Source: Candidatus Dormiibacterota bacterium
Lineage (GTDB): Bacteria; Chloroflexota; Dormibacteria; Aeolococcales; Aeolococcaceae
Length of the DNA: 64,000 bases
NCBI GenBank assembly: GCA_963709585.1
Contig: CAVPXI010000016.1
Location: 96,001-160,000 of the forward strand
Direction: 5' to 3'
Part shown: positions 60,018 through 64,000 of the stretch, one piece after another
How positions within the stretch are numbered: position 1 is the first letter of the stretch
Layout of the letters: the number at the start of each line of letters is the position of its first letter
Position numbers and translations under genes: made by a program
Notes under the pieces: model-generated
Database searches by the model: none
Told to the model about the DNA's origin: nothing
What the model saw: the letters and a program-made list of their open reading frames with translations, nothing else

Positions 60018-60737
60018 ATGGCCGAGGCGGTCGCGATTCCAGCACGCCGCGGGGACCTGGGACGTCGCGTCGAGGAGATCCGTTTCCTGGTCTTCGGGCG
60101 CTCACTTCCAGCCATGCTCTTCGCGCTCCTTGGATGGCGCGTGCTCCTGAATCTCCTCTCCCAGATGCGCATGCTTCCCATTCATGCCGGAGTCGGGGAC
60201 GTCCTGGCCGGTCCGCTCACCACGGGTGTCTACCTGCTCTTCTGTGTCATCCCGGTCGGGATCTACCTGGTACGGCCGAGGCCGCGTGCCCGTGACGGTC
60301 GCGCCATCGCGCGAGCTGCCGGCCTGGTCGGGACCACGATGCTCCTGGTGGTCGGAGCGTTTCCGAACCCCGTGCTGCTCACGCCGCCGGCCGTCGTGCG
60401 GGGAATCTCCGCCACGTTGGCGCTCGGAGCCTTCGCCCTCGGCGTGTATGGCCTCCTCTACCTTCGCCGCAGCCTGAGCATCATCCCCGAGGCCCGTCGC
60501 CTGGTGACAGGCGGCCCCTACCGGCTGATCCGCCATCCGCTCTACGCAGCCGAGATCCTCGCCGCCTTTGCGCTGGTCCTCGCCCGGCCCGGGCTGTGGG
60601 CGACGTTGATGCTGGTGCCGTTCATCACGGTGCAGATGCTCAGAGCTCGTTTCGAGGAGGGATTGCTCTCCCGAATATTTCCCGAGTACAAGCTCTACGC
60701 CGCGCACACGCCGCGCCTCATTCCGTTGGTGTGGTAG
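60018..60737 (+). CDS. Isoprenylcysteine carboxylmethyltransferase/PEMT family membrane protein
   Basis: LVTGGPYRLIRHPLY, RARFEE, TPRLIP. Confidence 0.85.
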   Translation: MAEAVAIPARRGDLGRRVEEIRFLVFGRSLPAMLFALLGWRVLLNLLSQMRMLPIHAGVGDVLAGPLTTGVYLLFCVIPVGIYLVRPRPRARDGRAIARAAGLVGTTMLLVVGAFPNPVLLTPPAVVRGISATLALGAFALGVYGLLYLRRSLSIIPEARRLVTGGPYRLIRHPLYAAEILAAFALVLARPGLWATLMLVPFITVQMLRARFEEGLLSRIFPEYKLYAAHTPRLIPLVW

Positions 60738-61475
60738 ATGGCCGCGGTTCGCGCGCAGCCAACCGATGCTAATGTGGATCGGCCGATGTCCACAGAGTCC
60801 AAGCACCCCTGCACCCAGGGCGGCTGCACGTCCCAGGACGGCGCGCCGTGCGAATACGTTGATCGCCGCGGACGCGAATGCCGCACCGCGTGGTGCATCG
60901 AGCATCGCGTGACCATCGAGGACCGGGTGTACTGCCGCCGTCACGCGGGAGTCGTCAGCGCACTGCCGAGCCTCGACAGCTCCCCGGCGGTATCCCTGCC
61001 CGACCTCGACAACCGTGCGCCGTCGCTGGTGGGTTGGGTGTCCCGGCAGATCGACGGCGACGTCTGGCGCCTCCTGCTCAAGGAGCTCGCGTCGGGCAGC
61101 GGCGGTCAGCTGATTGCCGACCCGGTGACGCTCGTCTTCGTGGGCATCGGCCGGCAGCGCGCGTGGGAGCGGTCCTGGCGGCTCGACAGCCACGTCGGCA
61201 TCGCCCACCGGGTGAGCATCCTGGTCGAGGAGATCGACGACACCATGATTACCGTCAAGGTCGGCGGGAACACGGTGGAGCAGCTCGTCCCACCCTGGAT
61301 TCAGCATCGGGTGCGCGGCGAGGCGGTCGGGCCGGATGAGGACCGCAAAGAGCGCGAAGAGTTCTATCAGCGCGTGCTCGATTCGATCGAGCGTGGCCTC
61401 GGACACGAGCGCGATCTTTCTCAGTACATGGCGGAGGGTCGCCTCGGCGCGCCACAGGGTGGGGCGGGGGGATAA
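60738..61475 (+). CDS. Hypothetical Cys/His-rich putative zinc-finger protein (paralog of 11304-12089)
   Basis: Same Cys/His spacing and the YCRRHAG, RAPSLV, WERSWRL and VPPWI blocks. Confidence 0.8.
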   Translation: MAAVRAQPTDANVDRPMSTESKHPCTQGGCTSQDGAPCEYVDRRGRECRTAWCIEHRVTIEDRVYCRRHAGVVSALPSLDSSPAVSLPDLDNRAPSLVGWVSRQIDGDVWRLLLKELASGSGGQLIADPVTLVFVGIGRQRAWERSWRLDSHVGIAHRVSILVEEIDDTMITVKVGGNTVEQLVPPWIQHRVRGEAVGPDEDRKEREEFYQRVLDSIERGLGHERDLSQYMAEGRLGAPQGGAGG

Positions 61476-61477
61476 GT

Positions 61478-61867
61478 GTGACCCGGGGCAGCATCCTCAT
61501 CGTCGACGACGACCCCAGGCTCCTGCACATCGTCGCGATGTATCTCGGCATCGAGGGGTACGAGGTGTCCACCGCGGAGAACGGCGAGGACGGCCTCGCG
61601 CAGGTCGAGGCGCGCGCCCCTGACCTCGTGATCCTGGACATCATGATGCCCGGCATGGACGGCATCGAGACGTGCAAGCGCATTCGCAGCAACCCGCCGA
61701 CCGCCGACGTGCCGATCGTCATGTTCAGCGCCCTGTCGAGCGATGACGACATCGAGCGTGCCCGCCTGGCCGGCGCGAACCACCTGATCACCAAGCCGTT
61801 CAACCTGGTCGGCCTCGGGTCGGTGGTCAAGACCTTCTTTCCAGCGGACGTCCGGTCGACCCGCTGA
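61478..61867 (+). CDS. Single-domain response regulator
   Basis: IVDDD, ILDIMMP, FSA, TKPF. Confidence 0.92.
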   Translation: MTRGSILIVDDDPRLLHIVAMYLGIEGYEVSTAENGEDGLAQVEARAPDLVILDIMMPGMDGIETCKRIRSNPPTADVPIVMFSALSSDDDIERARLAGANHLITKPFNLVGLGSVVKTFFPADVRSTR

Positions 61868-61882
61868 CCCGGCGCTCGGCGG

Positions 61883-62461
61883 TCAGACCGGCGGGGTGAC
61901 GACGACCGCGTTCTGGGCGAAGTGGTCACCCAGGTTGGAAGGGAGGACGGGCCCGAAGAGCGTGCGGACCTGCGGCTCGAGTCGCACCACCTGACCGCTC
62001 AGCGTGGCGGCATGAATATCCTGTGACATCGTCGCGTGCGTGGTCGCATTCGAGCCGCTCACGGAGATCGCCACCAGGAAGAGGATGAGCACCTCGGCGA
62101 CGCCGATCACCGCGCCCACCAGCACCCCGCCGATGCGGTTGAAGGCTGCGACCGCAATCTTGTCCAGACGTTCGTTCAAGAGCGCGCCCAGCACCTCGAC
62201 CACGATGACCACGAAGAGGAAGACCGCCACGAACGACCAGGCATTGGCATCGACCTGGTGCGCGTGGACCAACGCCGCAATCGCGTTCCCGAGGTTCGCG
62301 GCAGCGAAGCACGCGACGAAGACGCCCACCGCGGTGAAGAGGCGGCGGATCAGTCCGTGGCTCCAGCCCAGATATGCGTTCGCTCCTATGGCAACGACCA
62401 GCAGCGCGTCTGCGAAAACCTGGCCCGGCGTACTGTCGATAGATGCGGCGATCGCGCCCAC
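61883..62461 (-). CDS. CvpA (colicin V production) family membrane protein
   Basis: GWSHGLIR, NRIGGVLVG; four TM segments. Confidence 0.75.
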   Translation of the reverse strand: MGAIAASIDSTPGQVFADALLVVAIGANAYLGWSHGLIRRLFTAVGVFVACFAAANLGNAIAALVHAHQVDANAWSFVAVFLFVVIVVEVLGALLNERLDKIAVAAFNRIGGVLVGAVIGVAEVLILFLVAISVSGSNATTHATMSQDIHAATLSGQVVRLEPQVRTLFGPVLPSNLGDHFAQNAVVVTPPV

Positions 62462-62521
62462 CCGGTGACCGTAACATGCGTTCGCCGTCCTGGAACCGAG
62501 ATTTCGTTACAGAATTGCTCT

Positions 62522-63349
62522 GTGCAACCCCTTCTGCGCACCACTCGCGGCGATGTCTCGGCACGCAAGACATACGATCTGCTCGACGAGCCCACCGGCC
62601 CCGACTACGCCGGGCTCCTCGAGTGCGCCCTGGTCCAGTGCACCACCGCGGTGCTCACGGTGCCTTCGACAGAGATGGATCCGGAGGGGCAGGCCACGGT
62701 TGAAAGCCTGGCGCGATTCCAGCAGGCTAAAAGCATCACCGCGGCCGGGAGCCTGGTCCGCTATGCGCTGAGCCGGGAGAGCATCACCGTGCTCCAGGAG
62801 GCGACGAGCGGCCTCTACGGGTGGCAGCGTCCCGGCCTTCCGGATAATCTCTGCCTCTATCGAGGTGACGGCAGCCCGTGGCTGGTGTCGAGCGCCGGCG
62901 CTCACATCGGGTACCTCGAGGTCTCACCCTTCGAGAAGCTGCTGATCGGGCGCACCGCTCCCGGGCTCATCGCGGTGCTGGCGCATCAGAGCGCGCGCGA
63001 CGCGATCCTCGCATACATGGAGCGGCGCTTTGAAACCAACGTGACCTCGCTGACCGAGCAGCTCACTGACTACGCGCGCATCGTCGTGGGTGACGGCCGC
63101 GAGGGCCTCGTTGACGCACTCGAGGACTGGATGCGCTGCGGGGAGGAGGCACGGATCTCGGCGGCGCTCGAAGTGGCCCGCGCGCTCCGGCTCGTGGAGC
63201 TCCGGGACACGGTGGCATCCATGCTGCGCGCTTCCATGCGGGACGACGCCACCGTGCCCGAGGTCTACCGGTCGGTGCCGGCCCTCCGGTCGCGCTGGCG
63301 CATCGCCCGCCGGCGTCAGCTCGAACGCGTGCTGCGCCAGCTGTCCTGA
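62522..63349 (+). CDS. Hypothetical protein (start uncertain)
   Basis: Long frame filling the gap between the CvpA-family gene and tadC; contains LYGWQRPGLPDNLCLYRGDGSPWL. Confidence 0.6.
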   Translation: MQPLLRTTRGDVSARKTYDLLDEPTGPDYAGLLECALVQCTTAVLTVPSTEMDPEGQATVESLARFQQAKSITAAGSLVRYALSRESITVLQEATSGLYGWQRPGLPDNLCLYRGDGSPWLVSSAGAHIGYLEVSPFEKLLIGRTAPGLIAVLAHQSARDAILAYMERRFETNVTSLTEQLTDYARIVVGDGREGLVDALEDWMRCGEEARISAALEVARALRLVELRDTVASMLRASMRDDATVPEVYRSVPALRSRWRIARRRQLERVLRQLS

Positions 63350-63359
63350 GGGACCGGCG

Positions 63360-64000
63360 TCAGCCGCCGGACCCGAACTGGTGCGCGACCTCGATGACCG
63401 CCGGACCGAGGAGGACGATGAACAGCGTCGGGAAGATGCAGCCGACCATCGGGAAGAGCATCTTCAGGGGGGCTTTCTGACCCTGCTCCTCGGCGCGCTG
63501 ACGGCGCTTGCGCCGGATCTCCTCCGATTGGATTCTGAGCACGTTGGCGACGCCCACGCCGAGCTGTTCCGACTGGATGATCGCCTGGATGAAGTTGCTC
63601 AGTTCCTCGACCTTGCAGCGACGGCCGACATCATCGAGCGCCTCGAGGCGCGGGCGACCGAGGCGAACCTCGTTGAGCATGATCGACAGCTCACGAGAAA
63701 ATGCGTTGTTGTATTTCTCGACAACCCTGGTCAGCGCGGCGTCGAAGCTGAGTTCCGCTTCCACCGAGATGGTCAGCAGGTCGAGCGCGCTCGGAAGCGC
63801 GAGCAGGATCTCCTTCTGCCGCTTCTTGATCCGGCGGGCAACCACCATCTGCGGCGCGAGGTAGCCGAGGATCAGACCGCCCGCCGGGACCGCCGCAAAC
63901 AGCGGCATGGTCAGCGCGCCGAGGAGCGCGAGAGCGAACCCGATGGCGGTGAAGAGCATCATCAGCAGCAGCCGAAGCGCGAGGAAGCCCGACGCGTTGA
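63360..64000 (-). CDS. tadC: Tad pilus assembly platform protein TadC (T2SS-F family; 5' end off window)
   Basis: LPSALDLLTISVEA, IIQSEQLG, RAEEQGQKAPLKMLFP. Confidence 0.9.
   Translation of the reverse strand, partial: NASGFLALRLLLMMLFTAIGFALALLGALTMPLFAAVPAGGLILGYLAPQMVVARRIKKRQKEILLALPSALDLLTISVEAELSFDAALTRVVEKYNNAFSRELSIMLNEVRLGRPRLEALDDVGRRCKVEELSNFIQAIIQSEQLGVGVANVLRIQSEEIRRKRRQRAEEQGQKAPLKMLFPMVGCIFPTLFIVLLGPAVIEVAHQFGSGG

Noticed and set aside
1-64000. CRISPR array, IS element, integrase or prophage (including at tRNA-Trp)
   Set aside because: No spaced repeats, transposase/integrase motifs or duplicated tRNA 3' end seen.

Overview
High-GC bacterial chromosomal window with no mobile element, prophage or CRISPR array that I can support. 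The gene content and lineage-type hypothetical families suggest a Chloroflexota-related soil lineage such as Ca. Dormibacterota; this is inference only. From left to right it holds: (1) glycogen/trehalose genes glgX and treY; (2) a ~12 kb cytoplasmic signalling island with three histidine kinases, three single-domain receivers, two HspR-like MerR paralogs, several Cys-rich unknown proteins and two candidate C-rich sRNAs; (3) metabolic and transport genes; (4) four GGDEF/EAL c-di-GMP genes; (5) rpmG-tRNA-Trp-secE-nusG-rplK-rplA running straight into a Tad/Flp pilus region with three REC-CpaE/MinD paralogs. Two observations stand out. The first is the signalling island, the best candidate for an undescribed system. 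The second is that all 11 apparent frameshifts I found sit at GAGTC/GACTC sites with an extra base, which points to methylation-induced sequencing errors rather than real pseudogenes. All calls are from motif recognition by eye; no searches were run.
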